In this document: positions 52,419 through 61,969 of the stretch, one piece after another
How positions within the stretch are numbered: the first letter of the stretch is position 1
How the letters are laid out: every line of letters begins with the position of its first letter
Source: an uncultured Azospirillaceae bacterium
GTDB lineage: Bacteria; Pseudomonadota; Alphaproteobacteria; Rickettsiales; UBA3002
NCBI GenBank assembly: GCA_964564675.1
Contig: CAZMBI010000006.1
Coordinates: forward strand, 30,991 to 94,990
Direction: 5' to 3'
DNA: 64,000 nucleotides
Program-made: the position numbers and the translations under genes
The notes under the pieces: generated by a model
Seen by the model: only the letters and a program-made list of their open reading frames with translations
Told to the model about the DNA's origin: nothing
Database searches by the model: none

Positions 52419-52991
52419 ATGTTCGCGCAATTCGCTCGCTGGTTAAAGCCGTCTCCTGCCATCGATCAGGCGAACAAGCTTTATATTACCTTGGTTCAGC
52501 AGGCCCGTCAGCCGGTTTTTTATGATGAATTGGGAATTCCCGATTCGCTGGACGGGCGCTTTGAAATGATCCTGATTCATTTGTTCCTGCTTACCAAGCG
52601 CCTGCAGGAGCTCGGCACAGAAGAGGCGGACGCACTAGCCCAGCACGTCACCGAGACTTTTTTCAACGATATGGACCGTTCGCTGCGCGAAATCGGGGTG
52701 GGCGATATGAGCGTTGGCAAAAAGGTCAAGGCCATGGCGAATGCTTATAATGGGCGGCTGACGGTATATGCCGACGCCATGGGCGAGCCATCGGCGCTGG
52801 CTGAGGCCCTGCGCCGTAACGCCTACGGCACGGCCCGGCCAGATGACGCACAGCCGCATCAGCTGGCAGCATATATGATGACCGCCCAAACTGAGCTTAG
52901 CAAGCAGGCGCCTGCCGACATCCTCGCGGCAACCATCACCTGGCCCACCCCGCAGCCACCGGCTGAGGGTGACGGCAGAACCGCCGGGTGA
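52419..52991 (+). CDS. ubiquinol-cytochrome c chaperone (Cbp3/UQCC1 family)
   Basis: QARQPVFY, PDSLDGRFEM and DMDRSLREIGVGDMSVGK. Confidence 0.92.
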   Translation: MFAQFARWLKPSPAIDQANKLYITLVQQARQPVFYDELGIPDSLDGRFEMILIHLFLLTKRLQELGTEEADALAQHVTETFFNDMDRSLREIGVGDMSVGKKVKAMANAYNGRLTVYADAMGEPSALAEALRRNAYGTARPDDAQPHQLAAYMMTAQTELSKQAPADILAATITWPTPQPPAEGDGRTAG

Positions 52992-53001
52992 GGGCTGTAA
53001 C

Positions 53002-53508
53002 ATGAGCGGGGTGATGATTGTCGTCATACTCACCGGGCTGCTTCTGATCGCCTGCGCCTATGACGCCAGCCGTTTCATCATCCCCAACTGGCTGAACGGC
53101 CTGCTGGTTGTGCTTTATCCGCTGTGGGTCTGGCAGGCTCCGCACGCCGTGGACTGGCAATCCGGCCTGGGCTTTTTCGCCATTCTGCTGCTGACCGGCA
53201 TCGTTTTACATATGTTTAAATTATTCGGCGCGGGCGACGGCAAATTACTGGCCGCCTGCGGGCTGTATTGCGGGATCACGCCGGCCGGATTTCAACTGGT
53301 GTTATATATGGCCATCCTCGGCGGGGCGCTCGCGCTGGTGCTGATTGTGATGCGCTACCTGGCGCCGATGCTGGCGCCGAAGCTCGGATGCCACACCCTG
53401 CCCCGGCTGTTGACCATGGGCGAACCGGTGCCTTATGGCCTGGCCATTGCCGGTTCATTCCTTATCCTGCTTTGGAGCGCCCGCCTGCCGGGAATGGCGA
53501 CCGGTTGA
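53002..53508 (+). CDS. cpaA: Flp/Tad prepilin peptidase (A24, CpaA/TadV type)
   Basis: D..RFIIPNW, FGAGDGKL and VPYGLAIA. No N-terminal Cys domain. Confidence 0.85.
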   Translation: MSGVMIVVILTGLLLIACAYDASRFIIPNWLNGLLVVLYPLWVWQAPHAVDWQSGLGFFAILLLTGIVLHMFKLFGAGDGKLLAACGLYCGITPAGFQLVLYMAILGGALALVLIVMRYLAPMLAPKLGCHTLPRLLTMGEPVPYGLAIAGSFLILLWSARLPGMATG

Positions 53509-54411
53509 TGAGCCATGATTGGTCAGTTCAATTTCTTCAGAGTGCGCGGCATGCTCGCGCTCTTCCACCCGCGCGCCCGTGGCAATCAGGATCATATGAT
53601 TAAATTCCGCGCCATAAATCAGAATAATATTGAGCAGAAAGAAAAACAGCAACGTTGCGATAAACCCGCCGAGACTGCCATAGATAATACTGACCTGATC
53701 GACATTGGTGATATAAAGCGTAAATAGTTCCGCGCCGTTTAGCCATAGCACCACCGCCAGCGCCGCGCCCGGCACCACCGCCAGCAGCGACTGGCGGATA
53801 TTGGGCAGAAAATAATACAGGCTCGAGACAATCAGAAACAGCACGAACGCGCCGATATAAAAGAAGTACCGGTTCCACAATGCGAGCGGGCTTTCCATTT
53901 TCATGGTCAGATTGAGATATTCCGGTATCAGCGGAAACAAGACAATCGCCAGCAGTACCACAATCACCAGCAGGGTGAAAAGGATCAGCTGCATGATGCT
54001 CATCATGCGCCGGAAGATATAGGTGGGCGGATTGCTCACCTGATAGGCGCGATTGAGCACGGTGCGCAAACCTTCCACCGCCGAGGACGACGTCCAGATC
54101 GCTCCCATAATCGAAACGGTCAGCAAGCCCTGCGGCGGGCCGGACATGATTTCTTCCACCCGCGGCTTGATGGCGACCACCGCTTCCTGCGGCAGGTGTT
54201 CGATGAGCAGCGCAATAAACTGCGCCCCGAGTTCGCCCTGACCGATAAAACCGGCGGTGGCGACAATCAGCACGAGAAAGGGAAACAATGCCAGCAGGCT
54301 CAGAAAGGTCATATATCCGGCCAGTTCAATACCGTCATGCTCGATGAGATTATCACCCGCCTTATAGACGAGATACCCGCCCTGTTTGATCCACTGCCAG
54401 AGTTTCATCAT
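53455..54411 (-). CDS. YihY/virulence factor BrkB family membrane protein
   Basis: LALFPFL, LNRAY, YYFLPN, YGSLGGFI and GAEFN. Confidence 0.92.
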   Translation of the reverse strand: MMKLWQWIKQGGYLVYKAGDNLIEHDGIELAGYMTFLSLLALFPFLVLIVATAGFIGQGELGAQFIALLIEHLPQEAVVAIKPRVEEIMSGPPQGLLTVSIMGAIWTSSSAVEGLRTVLNRAYQVSNPPTYIFRRMMSIMQLILFTLLVIVVLLAIVLFPLIPEYLNLTMKMESPLALWNRYFFYIGAFVLFLIVSSLYYFLPNIRQSLLAVVPGAALAVVLWLNGAELFTLYITNVDQVSIIYGSLGGFIATLLFFFLLNIILIYGAEFNHMILIATGARVEEREHAAHSEEIELTNHGSSTGRHSRQAGAPKQDKE

Positions 54412-54524
54412 GCCTCATTACTGCCTGAGCAGACGCTAAAAGTCTAGGTTTCGAAAAAAACGGGCTTCATTCTCTGGCGGAAAAATATAACCGGCTGATA
54501 TATCTATCTCTTTTATAGCGGGCG

Positions 54525-54558
54525 CAGTCATCATTCTGTCACGCAAGTCATATAAGAT
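54525..54558 (+). promoter_or_regulatory. Pho box + -10 hexamer
   Basis: CAGTCAT-catt-CTGTCAC (54525-54542), exactly 10 nt, then TAAGAT (54553-54558). Confidence 0.7.
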
Positions 54559-54564
54559 GAATAG

Positions 54565-56028
54565 ATGCAGGCCCACGCACATGATAGCGGTTTTCTGGCT
54601 CCGGGCGTCCGGCTTATCCATCAGGATGCGTTGGTGATTCTGGCGAACGGCTCATGCATGACACTGGGAAAATGGCTACCCTCTGTCACCACCGACCTTA
54701 GACACAAAACGCTGCCGAATAGAGATAAAAATAACCCGTTAGTGTTAGACGGGATTCCACTGGCCATTATCAATCCCGCAGACAATACGCCGCAAGGGTT
54801 AGCGTCTTTGTTAAACAGCGCATTTTATAAACAACAATTCGTGCGCACGGCAGATGCCCTGATCACCGGCCAAGGGCTTCGTGACGCGGCCCTGTGGGCT
54901 CGGGTATTCAATATACCGGTCCATACGATCACGCCGATAGCAGCGGATTTACCGCGTCGCCTAAATACCCAGACGCGTCAGGACACATTAGGAAAACTGT
55001 ATGATCTGGCCTGCGCAGAAAAGCGCTTGACGACTGATGCAACCCACATTCAGGGCTGGCACGAAGAACTGAATACCATCTATGCCACAGGATTGGGGAA
55101 CGGCCGGCGAGTGCGGGAAGACCTGCGGCGCGGCCGAAACCACCTGCGCTACAGCGAAGTGCCGGCGGAGCGCATTGAGTCGCTGCCCGTTTTTATTACC
55201 AGACCCACACTCCCTCAGTCAGATGCGCAAAACATCGCCAGAGGCGCATTAGACGGGTTCGTCAAGCACAACAGGCAATCCCGTCACCTGTTACACCCGC
55301 CCCTTGACCGCAGCCACAGCGAGGCAACCATTACCGGCCTGTTGGCACAATTGCCGCCTGCTTTTCGCACCATTCTGGCGCGCTATCCCGTCAACATCAT
55401 CGTCACCGACGATATGCTGTGGCTTAAGCCGGAATTAAATCATATCGGAGAGCTGGGAGAGTCGATAGCACGGCATCAGCTCATCACTATAGAGCGCGGG
55501 CGTTCGCACGGCAAGGCAAACATCCCATGCGCCTTTCTGGAGGAGATGGTGCACCACATTGAAGATCATATCATTCAAAGCAAACCCGGAAAGGCATGGC
55601 ACAAAGAATGGAAAAACGCGGTCAAACGCGATAAAGAGCACCCGCAGACAATTGAAGCGACCCGACATCTAAGACACTTAATTAGCAAGGGGGAGATTAT
55701 CGGTCAGGACAAGCGGCGCGGTCCGTACACGGCAAAAGACATTCCCCACGAACTCCTGGCGGAATTATGCATCATCGATCAATTCCAGGAGCAATATGCC
55801 ATTCTGCCCAACCCGCCCGCCGGGCAGAGGCAATCTTTGGCACATCGCGCATTGCTGCAGCATTACTTTCCAAACACTGCGCCGGTTTATTTTCGATTTC
55901 AGGAAGTGGTAGAGGAAATAGCAGCGCAGGACAAAGCGACTGATCCGCCGGCACAGCGCCCGCCAGCAGGCAGTCACCGCGCCCGCCTCGCAAGTGAAAG
56001 AAAACAACAGAACCACCAACGCCGCTAA
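54565..56028 (+). CDS. orphan protein with C-terminal zincin-like (lethal-factor/PPEP-like) domain
   Basis: [10 protein letters not shown] ... [11 protein letters not shown] ... LLQHYFPNT. Codon usage differs visibly from neighbours. Ends [19 protein letters not shown]. The start could alternatively be 54658. Confidence 0.7.
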   Translation: MQAHAHDSGFLAPGVRLIHQDALVILANGSCMTLGKWLPSVTTDLRHKTLPNRDKNNPLVLDGIPLAIINPADNTPQGLASLLNSAFYKQQFVRTADALITGQGLRDAALWARVFNIPVHTITPIAADLPRRLNTQTRQDTLGKLYDLACAEKRLTTDATHIQGWHEELNTIYATGLGNGRRVREDLRRGRNHLRYSEVPAERIESLPVFITRPTLPQSDAQNIARGALDGFVKHNRQSRHLLHPPLDRSHSEATITGLLAQLPPAFRTILARYPVNIIVTDDMLWLKPELNHIGELGESIARHQLITIERGRSHGKANIPCAFLEEMVHHIEDHIIQSKPGKAWHKEWKNAVKRDKEHPQTIEATRHLRHLISKGEIIGQDKRRGPYTAKDIPHELLAELCIIDQFQEQYAILPNPPAGQRQSLAHRALLQHYFPNTAPVYFRFQEVVEEIAAQDKATDPPAQRPPAGSHRARLASERKQQNHQRR

Positions 56029-58619
56029 GCCGCCGCCTGGCCATCCACCGCAATATGCAGCCCCAGATCATGGCCGGTGACCACGACGTGATCGCCGTCG
56101 CTGATATCACCACTTAACAGCTTGGTGGCCAGCGGATCCTGCAGCTTTTTCTGGATGACGCGTTTCAGCGGCCGCGCGCCGTAGATCGGATCATAACCCT
56201 GCTCGGCCAGCCATTTTTGCGCCGTTTCATCAAGCTCCAGCGTGATGCGTCGGTCAGCCAGCAGTTCCTCAAGGTGCTGGATTTGAATGCTCACCACTTC
56301 GGCCATATGCTCACGACTTAAGCGGCTGAACAGCAGGATTTCATCCAGCCGGTTTAAAAATTCCGGCCGGAACGAGGTCCGCACCACTTCCATCACCGAT
56401 TCGCGCGCCTCTTCCACCGGTGCCTCGTCGGGCAGATCGGCGATATACTGCGCCCCCAGATTGGACGTAAGAATGATAATGGTGTTGCGGAAATCGACAG
56501 TACGCCCCTGTCCGTCGGTAAGGCGGCCATCGTCCAGCACCTGCAGTAAAATATTAAACACGTCGCTATGCGCTTTTTCGATCTCGTCGAATAAAATCAC
56601 CTGATAAGGCCGCCGCCGTACGCTTTCGGTGATCACGCCGCCTTCTTCATAGCCGACATAGCCGGGTGGCGCCCCGACCAGCCGCGCCACTGCGTGTTTT
56701 TCCATATATTCAGACATATCGATGCGCTGCATGGCGCTTTCATCATCGAACAGGAATTCAGCCAGCGCTTTGGCCAGTTCGGTTTTACCCACGCCGGTGG
56801 GGCCTAAAAACAGGAAAGAGCCGATCGGCCGCGCCGGGTCTTTAAGCCCCGCGCGCGAGCGGCGCACGGCGTCACTGACCGCCTGAACCGCCTGCATCTG
56901 ACCCACCACGCGGCTGCCGATGGCCGCTTCCATGCCAAGCAGTTTCTCGCGTTCGCCTTCAAGCATCTTATCGACCGGAATCCCTGTCCAGCGGGATATC
57001 ACTTCGGCGATTTCCTCAGCCGTAACCACTTCTTTTACCAGATCGCCGGTTTCCTGATCCTGCGCGTCATCAGCCGCGGCAATCTGTTTTTCCAGCTGCG
57101 GAATGATGCCATAGGCCAGTTCGCCGGCACGCGCCAGATCGCCTTCGCGCTGGGCCTGTTCAAGCTCAAGCCGCGCCTGCTCCAGCTGTTCCTTCAGTTG
57201 CGAGGAGCCAGCAAGCCGCGATTTCTCCGCCTGCCATTGCTCGGTCAGCCGGTTCGACTCCGCCTCCAGTTCCTCGATCTGCTCATTGAGTTTGTCCAGA
57301 CGCTCCTGCGAGGCTTTGTCGTTTTCCTTCTTGAGCGCCTCACGCTCGATTTTCATCTGGATCAGCTTGCGATCCACCTCATCGAGGGCTTCCGGCTTGC
57401 TATCGACCGCCATGCGCAACCGGCTGGCGGCCTCATCCATCAAATCGATGGCCTTATCGGGCAGGAAGCGGTCGGTAATGTAGCGATTCGACAAGGTCGC
57501 CGCCGCCACCAGTGCCGCATCGGAAATACGAATACCGTGATGCACCTCGTATTTTTCTTTCAGCCCGCGCAGGATGGAAACGGTATCCTCCACCGTTGGT
57601 TCGGAGATGAATACCGACTGAAAACGGCGGGCCAGCGCCGCGTCTTTTTCGATATGTTTGCGGTATTCGCTCAGCGTCGTTGCACCCACGCAATGCAGTT
57701 CGCCGCGCGCCAGCGCGGGTTTGAGCAGGTTGGAGGCATCCATCGCGCCTTCCGCCGCACCAGCGCCCACCAGCGTATGCAATTCGTCGATAAACAGAAT
57801 AATGTCGCCTTCCGCGGCATGAATTTCCGCCAGCACCCCTTTCAGGCGTTCCTCGAACTCACCGCGGAATTTAGCGCCGGCCACCATCCCCCCCAGATCA
57901 AGGGCGAGCAGTTTTTTATCTGTCAGATTCTCCGGCACGTCGCCGGCAATAATCCGCTGCGCCAAGCCTTCGACAATCGCCGTCTTGCCCACACCCGGCT
58001 CACCGATTAATACGGGATTGTTTTTGGTCCGCCGGGAAAGCACCTGCATCGAACGGCGGATTTCTTCATCGCGGCCGATGACGGGATCGAGCTGGCCTTC
58101 TTTGGCCGCCTCGGTGAGGTCTTTGGTATATTTCTGCAAAGCCTCGTATTGGTCTTCGGCATTGGCAGTGCTCGCCGTACGCCCCTTGCGCATGTCATTG
58201 ATGGCTTCATTCAGGGCCTGCGGGGTAACGCCCGCCTGTTTGAGCAATTCCGCGGCGCGGCTCTGCTCGATACTTAACGCCTGTAAGAGGCGTTCGGTGG
58301 TGACAAATTCGTCCCTGGCCTTTTCCGCTAGCTGTTCAGCCGATTCGATCACGCGCGCGGCTTCCGGTGTCAGATACAGCTGGCCGGCGCCGCCGCCTTC
58401 GACCTTTGGAATCTTGTTTAATTCGGCTTCGAGTTGCTGTTGCAGCATATCGGCCTTGCCGGCGGCGGCGATGATGAGCCGCAGTGCCATGCTGTCTTCT
58501 TCGAGCAAGCTTTTGCAGATATGCTCCGGCGAAAAACGCTGATGGTTCGAGCGCAGCGCCAGCGCCTGGGCTTCCTGGATCACCTTACGGGCCTTATCGG
58601 TATATTTTTCGAAATTCAT
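56025..58619 (-). CDS. clpB: ATP-dependent chaperone ClpB
   Basis: Two AAA+ modules ([16 protein letters not shown]), coiled-coil M domain and GARPLKR. Start refined to MNFEKYT. Confidence 0.98.
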   Translation of the reverse strand: MNFEKYTDKARKVIQEAQALALRSNHQRFSPEHICKSLLEEDSMALRLIIAAAGKADMLQQQLEAELNKIPKVEGGGAGQLYLTPEAARVIESAEQLAEKARDEFVTTERLLQALSIEQSRAAELLKQAGVTPQALNEAINDMRKGRTASTANAEDQYEALQKYTKDLTEAAKEGQLDPVIGRDEEIRRSMQVLSRRTKNNPVLIGEPGVGKTAIVEGLAQRIIAGDVPENLTDKKLLALDLGGMVAGAKFRGEFEERLKGVLAEIHAAEGDIILFIDELHTLVGAGAAEGAMDASNLLKPALARGELHCVGATTLSEYRKHIEKDAALARRFQSVFISEPTVEDTVSILRGLKEKYEVHHGIRISDAALVAAATLSNRYITDRFLPDKAIDLMDEAASRLRMAVDSKPEALDEVDRKLIQMKIEREALKKENDKASQERLDKLNEQIEELEAESNRLTEQWQAEKSRLAGSSQLKEQLEQARLELEQAQREGDLARAGELAYGIIPQLEKQIAAADDAQDQETGDLVKEVVTAEEIAEVISRWTGIPVDKMLEGEREKLLGMEAAIGSRVVGQMQAVQAVSDAVRRSRAGLKDPARPIGSFLFLGPTGVGKTELAKALAEFLFDDESAMQRIDMSEYMEKHAVARLVGAPPGYVGYEEGGVITESVRRRPYQVILFDEIEKAHSDVFNILLQVLDDGRLTDGQGRTVDFRNTIIILTSNLGAQYIADLPDEAPVEEARESVMEVVRTSFRPEFLNRLDEILLFSRLSREHMAEVVSIQIQHLEELLADRRITLELDETAQKWLAEQGYDPIYGARPLKRVIQKKLQDPLATKLLSGDISDGDHVVVTGHDLGLHIAVDGQAAA

Positions 58620-58654
58620 AGGCTTATCATTAGTTTGAATTCGTTTCCTTTTCT

Positions 58655-58692
58655 TACATATATAACTTAAGCTATCTAAAACAAGTTTTAGA
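58655..58692 (-). promoter_or_regulatory. putative sigma32 promoter of clpB overlapped by an 8-bp inverted repeat
   Basis: Minus strand CTTG-N16/17-TTATAT. TCTAAAAC-aa-GTTTTAGA lies at 58675-58692. Confidence 0.5.
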
Positions 58693-58700
58693 CTCATATC

Positions 58701-59477
58701 ATGCGTCTGATTTTAATGATTCTAGCTATCGCCGCGCTGGCGTTGCCCGCGCTGGCGCAAACCCCTTACAACGCGCGAGGCACCTGGTATATTGCCTGGA
58801 ACGGCATTGCGTTCGCCAAGCTCTGGATTGCCGTGCAGGAGAACGCGCAAGACTATGAACTGACCGCCGCCTACAAGAATCGCGGCATTGTCAGCCTGTT
58901 CGATAAAAGCAAAAGCCTGACGCGCAGCCATGGCGTGCGGGTGGGGGGTGGTATCCAGGTGCTGGAATATGCCTATGACAACGAGGTGCGCGATAAGTCG
59001 ACGCATCTGACATTTGACCGCGCCGGCGAGTTGATCCGCCGGCAGGTGGTGCCCGAAGACGATCCCGATCATCGTCCGCCGGTGCCATCCGCCGCGGTCA
59101 AAGGCGCGGCCACGCCGGGGAATCTGCTGTTCGCGCTGCGCGAAGCAGCCCGCCGCGCCAAAGACCTGCCTAACCCCACCTTCTCCTTCCGGTTTTATGA
59201 CGGCAAGCGCCTGATGCAGATCAATGGCGAGATCTTGGGCCCGCGCCGCTACGAAATTGACGGGCGCGCGTATGATACGCTGCGGCTTGTCGTCTCGCGC
59301 CGGCTGCTCGGTGGATTTACGCAAAAGGAGATCGCCCGTTACCACGAGGGCGAACCGCCGCTTTATCTGTATGTTGACGACGCGACGCTGTTTCCGCTGG
59401 CCATGGAAATCGAGGTGAAACTCGGCACCCTGCGCGCCGAATGGGATGCGGAATCAGACAACGCACAGAATGAATAA
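58701..59477 (+). CDS. DUF3108-like exported protein
   Basis: Signal peptide (ALA-Q), Y..AWNGI, FYDGKR and a beta-rich body. Confidence 0.75.
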   Translation: MRLILMILAIAALALPALAQTPYNARGTWYIAWNGIAFAKLWIAVQENAQDYELTAAYKNRGIVSLFDKSKSLTRSHGVRVGGGIQVLEYAYDNEVRDKSTHLTFDRAGELIRRQVVPEDDPDHRPPVPSAAVKGAATPGNLLFALREAARRAKDLPNPTFSFRFYDGKRLMQINGEILGPRRYEIDGRAYDTLRLVVSRRLLGGFTQKEIARYHEGEPPLYLYVDDATLFPLAMEIEVKLGTLRAEWDAESDNAQNE

Positions 59478-59485
59478 TGTGATAA

Positions 59486-59519
59486 TCGTCATCAAATTGA
59501 CATAATTAACATCTATACT
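59486..59519 (+). promoter_or_regulatory. Pho-box-like repeat + -10 hexamer
   Basis: TCGTCAT-caaa-TTGACAT (59486-59503), exactly 10 nt, then TATACT (59514-59519). Confidence 0.6.
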
Positions 59520-59548
59520 CATTGCTATAGTAACAAGGTATTGTTCCT

Positions 59549-59878
59549 ATGGCAAGTTACTGTCAAACACAAGCGTCAATCGCGGCTAAAAAACTGGCGG
59601 AAGAGCAGTCCGGAACTGCCTGTGCCGTTGGTAGAGTGATCGGTTTTGGCATTGATGCTGCTACTGGGGGGCAAACGTATGGCGCCGGCACCATTTTCGG
59701 TTGTCAGGTCGGAGAAACCATCCGTTATTATACTTTGAGTGAGATGGACCAAAAATCGGTAAGAGAAGAATATTACTCAGCCTTAAGGGCGTGCCAGGTT
59801 GAGGCCGGTGAAACGCCAACTCCCTTTCTACCGGCTCCCAATCCAATAAGACGACGCGAAATGGGTATTTCCTACTAG
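59549..59878 (+). CDS. small orphan protein with glycine-zipper-like segment and 4 Cys
   Basis: 109-aa AT-rich ORF with its own promoter. Contains GRVIGFGIDAATGGQTYGAGTIFGCQVG. Confidence 0.7.
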   Translation: MASYCQTQASIAAKKLAEEQSGTACAVGRVIGFGIDAATGGQTYGAGTIFGCQVGETIRYYTLSEMDQKSVREEYYSALRACQVEAGETPTPFLPAPNPIRRREMGISY

Positions 59879-59879
59879 G

Positions 59880-60245
59880 TTACTCCGGTGTCCAGGGGAC
59901 ATAGTCGGCGGTATTTTTCTGCCGCTTGGCGCCGCGCAATACATGGCCTTTGGGCAGATAGCGGTGTTCGGTGCCGGTTAAATTCGGCACGTGCGGCTTC
60001 TGCCATTTATATTTGTGATAGGCATCGCTTTCGATGGGCGGCGTATCAACCGTATAATGCAACCAGCCATGCCAGTGCGCCGGTACTTTTGAAGGTTCCG
60101 CCACCCCGTTATAGACCACCCAGCGCTTACGGCGGAGCCTGTTTTTAGGCACCTTACGCTCCAGATAATACTGATTGCCAAACTCGTCGCGGCCAACAAA
60201 CTGGCCGTGCAAGAATGTATAAAGCTTAGTGCCGATGGTTATCAT
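59880..60245 (-). CDS. NADH:ubiquinone oxidoreductase accessory subunit NDUFA12
   Basis: VGRDEFGNQYY, RWVVY, VPAHWHGWLH and PNLTGT. Start refined to 60245. Confidence 0.93.
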   Translation of the reverse strand: MITIGTKLYTFLHGQFVGRDEFGNQYYLERKVPKNRLRRKRWVVYNGVAEPSKVPAHWHGWLHYTVDTPPIESDAYHKYKWQKPHVPNLTGTEHRYLPKGHVLRGAKRQKNTADYVPWTPE

Positions 60246-61750
60246 ACAGTGTGTGTAGCGCATGCCCGGCGCACGCGCAACCACAATAGCCAGCACAGTA
60301 TGCTGATGAGAATCGGCCAGATCAGGTAGCGGATCTGCAGGTTGGGCACGATAAAAAACAACGGCGCGGCCATTAGCCAGGCGCTGAGATTAAGCGTCAG
60401 CCCCAGCCCGGCGTGCGGATGCCGGCGCATCTGCCAGAGCAGGCCGGCCGTGATCAGTAAACTCAGCAGATACGGCCAGCCACTCATGAGGATGGTGTGC
60501 GCGCGCAGCCAGTCGATACCCTGGCTGATACGCGTGCCCAGCGGGTTGTCGAGCGTGCGCAGCTGCACGCCGATCGATTCCGGCGGCGGGCCTTCATACC
60601 AGTGCCCCTCATAGGCGGAGTGCGGGAAACTGTGCACTAAAATGCCGCGCATGTGAAACGGGCACAGATCGAGCACGAAACAGCTAATGCGTGCGCGGTG
60701 ATGCAGATAGGCCAGCGGGTGTTCGAGGATCAGCTCAACCCAGTGCCTGAACAATGGGGTGACTTCCTCCGGCGAGAGCAGCTGACCCCGGATCAGCGGG
60801 ATTTTCTCCATACATGCCACTGGCCGGCCGCGCCCTGCGATATAACGGCAGATGGTGGTATTGGTCGCCGGTGAGAATTCGCGCCTGAGTTCGGCTAATG
60901 TCAGATCGGGCACCCCCCATGCCGCTTCGGGCATCAGCATGCGGTCGCTGGCCACCGAGATGGCGGCGACATCCCACAGGCCGATGGTCGGCCACATCGA
61001 GGTGCGCGCCACGCCGATATTCGTCACCGCCCAGCCGATTGTTGCGATGGCGACCGTGATGAAACTTGTGGCAGCAATATATAGTAATACCAGCCGTTTC
61101 AACCTCCCCTCACCCGGTTCGCTACGCTCACCACCCTCTCCCAAAGGGAGAGGGTTTCCATGTCCCCCATTCGCGTGAGCGTAGCGAGCGCTTCCCTCTC
61201 CCTGAGGGAGAGGGCTAGGGTGAGGGGCAAGCCAGCGCCAGCTCAGCCAGAATATCAGCGGGATCAGCGCCGGAATCGCATTGTGGCGGATGGCGGCAGC
61301 AAAAAGCAGCGCCACAAAACCCGCCACGAGGTAGCGCCGCGATGGCCTGGACAGATCGGACAGCATCGCCCATACTGCAAACAGCAGTGCGATCACCAGC
61401 CAGCTATCCTTCCAGATGGCGGTGGTGATATAAAGATGCGGCGGCCACAGCCCGAGCAGCACTGTAACGACCAGCCGCGCCCAGGTGCTTTCAAACAGGC
61501 GCCACGCCACCAGCCCCACCCCCAGCCAGTAAAGCGCCACTGCAAAGGCCCAGAACATGCCATAATCGGGATGAACGGCATCGGCCAGTTGCCACAGATA
61601 GGCCATCAGCGGCGGGTGTAGGTTGCTGATCAGGCCGGTTTTCACCTGCACATATTGAAACGCGCCGTCTCCGGACATGATGCCCGGATAATACAGCCAG
61701 CATACGAGAATGAAGCAGGCAGTCGCGCAGAATGGGGGAAGAAACCGCAT
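60242..61750 (-). CDS. polytopic membrane protein, probable GT-C-fold glycosyltransferase-like
   Basis: YPGIMSGD..QY...HPPLM, WKD, RHNA and C-terminal RY motifs with about 10-11 TMs. Carries an in-frame palindromic insert. Confidence 0.75.
   Translation of the reverse strand: MRFLPPFCATACFILVCWLYYPGIMSGDGAFQYVQVKTGLISNLHPPLMAYLWQLADAVHPDYGMFWAFAVALYWLGVGLVAWRLFESTWARLVVTVLLGLWPPHLYITTAIWKDSWLVIALLFAVWAMLSDLSRPSRRYLVAGFVALLFAAAIRHNAIPALIPLIFWLSWRWLAPHPSPLPQGEGSARYAHANGGHGNPLPLGEGGERSEPGEGRLKRLVLLYIAATSFITVAIATIGWAVTNIGVARTSMWPTIGLWDVAAISVASDRMLMPEAAWGVPDLTLAELRREFSPATNTTICRYIAGRGRPVACMEKIPLIRGQLLSPEEVTPLFRHWVELILEHPLAYLHHRARISCFVLDLCPFHMRGILVHSFPHSAYEGHWYEGPPPESIGVQLRTLDNPLGTRISQGIDWLRAHTILMSGWPYLLSLLITAGLLWQMRRHPHAGLGLTLNLSAWLMAAPLFFIVPNLQIRYLIWPILISILCWLLWLRVRRACATHTV
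61106..61227. repeat. composite palindromic element inserted in frame in a CDS
   Basis: Termini cccctcaccc/gggtgagggg, two ccctctccc-NNN-gggagaggg hairpins, and a tcgctacgctca/tgagcgtagcga stem. Confidence 0.9.
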
Positions 61751-61762
61751 AAGAACTAATTA

Positions 61763-61930
61763 CGTCATTCCTGCGAAAGCTGTCTATCATTCTTTCCCAT
61801 GACAACACCATCTGATCATAGGGTGGCAGTTGATTGGTGAATTGAGGGAATCTCTTTTGAATCTCTTTTGCACTCCGCGCCAATTCCGCGGGATCCCGGA
61901 TCAATCGCGGAGCGATTGTGCGGGATGACG
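61763..61930. repeat. REP/RPE-like element with about 100 bp of unrelated internal sequence
   Basis: cgtcattcctgcgaaagc ... gcgggatcccggatcaatcgcggagcgattgtgcgggatgacg. Confidence 0.7.
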
Positions 61931-61969
61931 AATTCGTAATCTCGTTTGCTCCTCGCTAACGCAAATCCG

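Noticed and set aside
59497-59531. TTGACA as a plain sigma70 -35 for the 59549 ORF
   Set aside because: Spacing to TATACT is 11 nt and to TATAGT is 23 nt, neither workable; it fits better as the second half-site of a Pho-type box.
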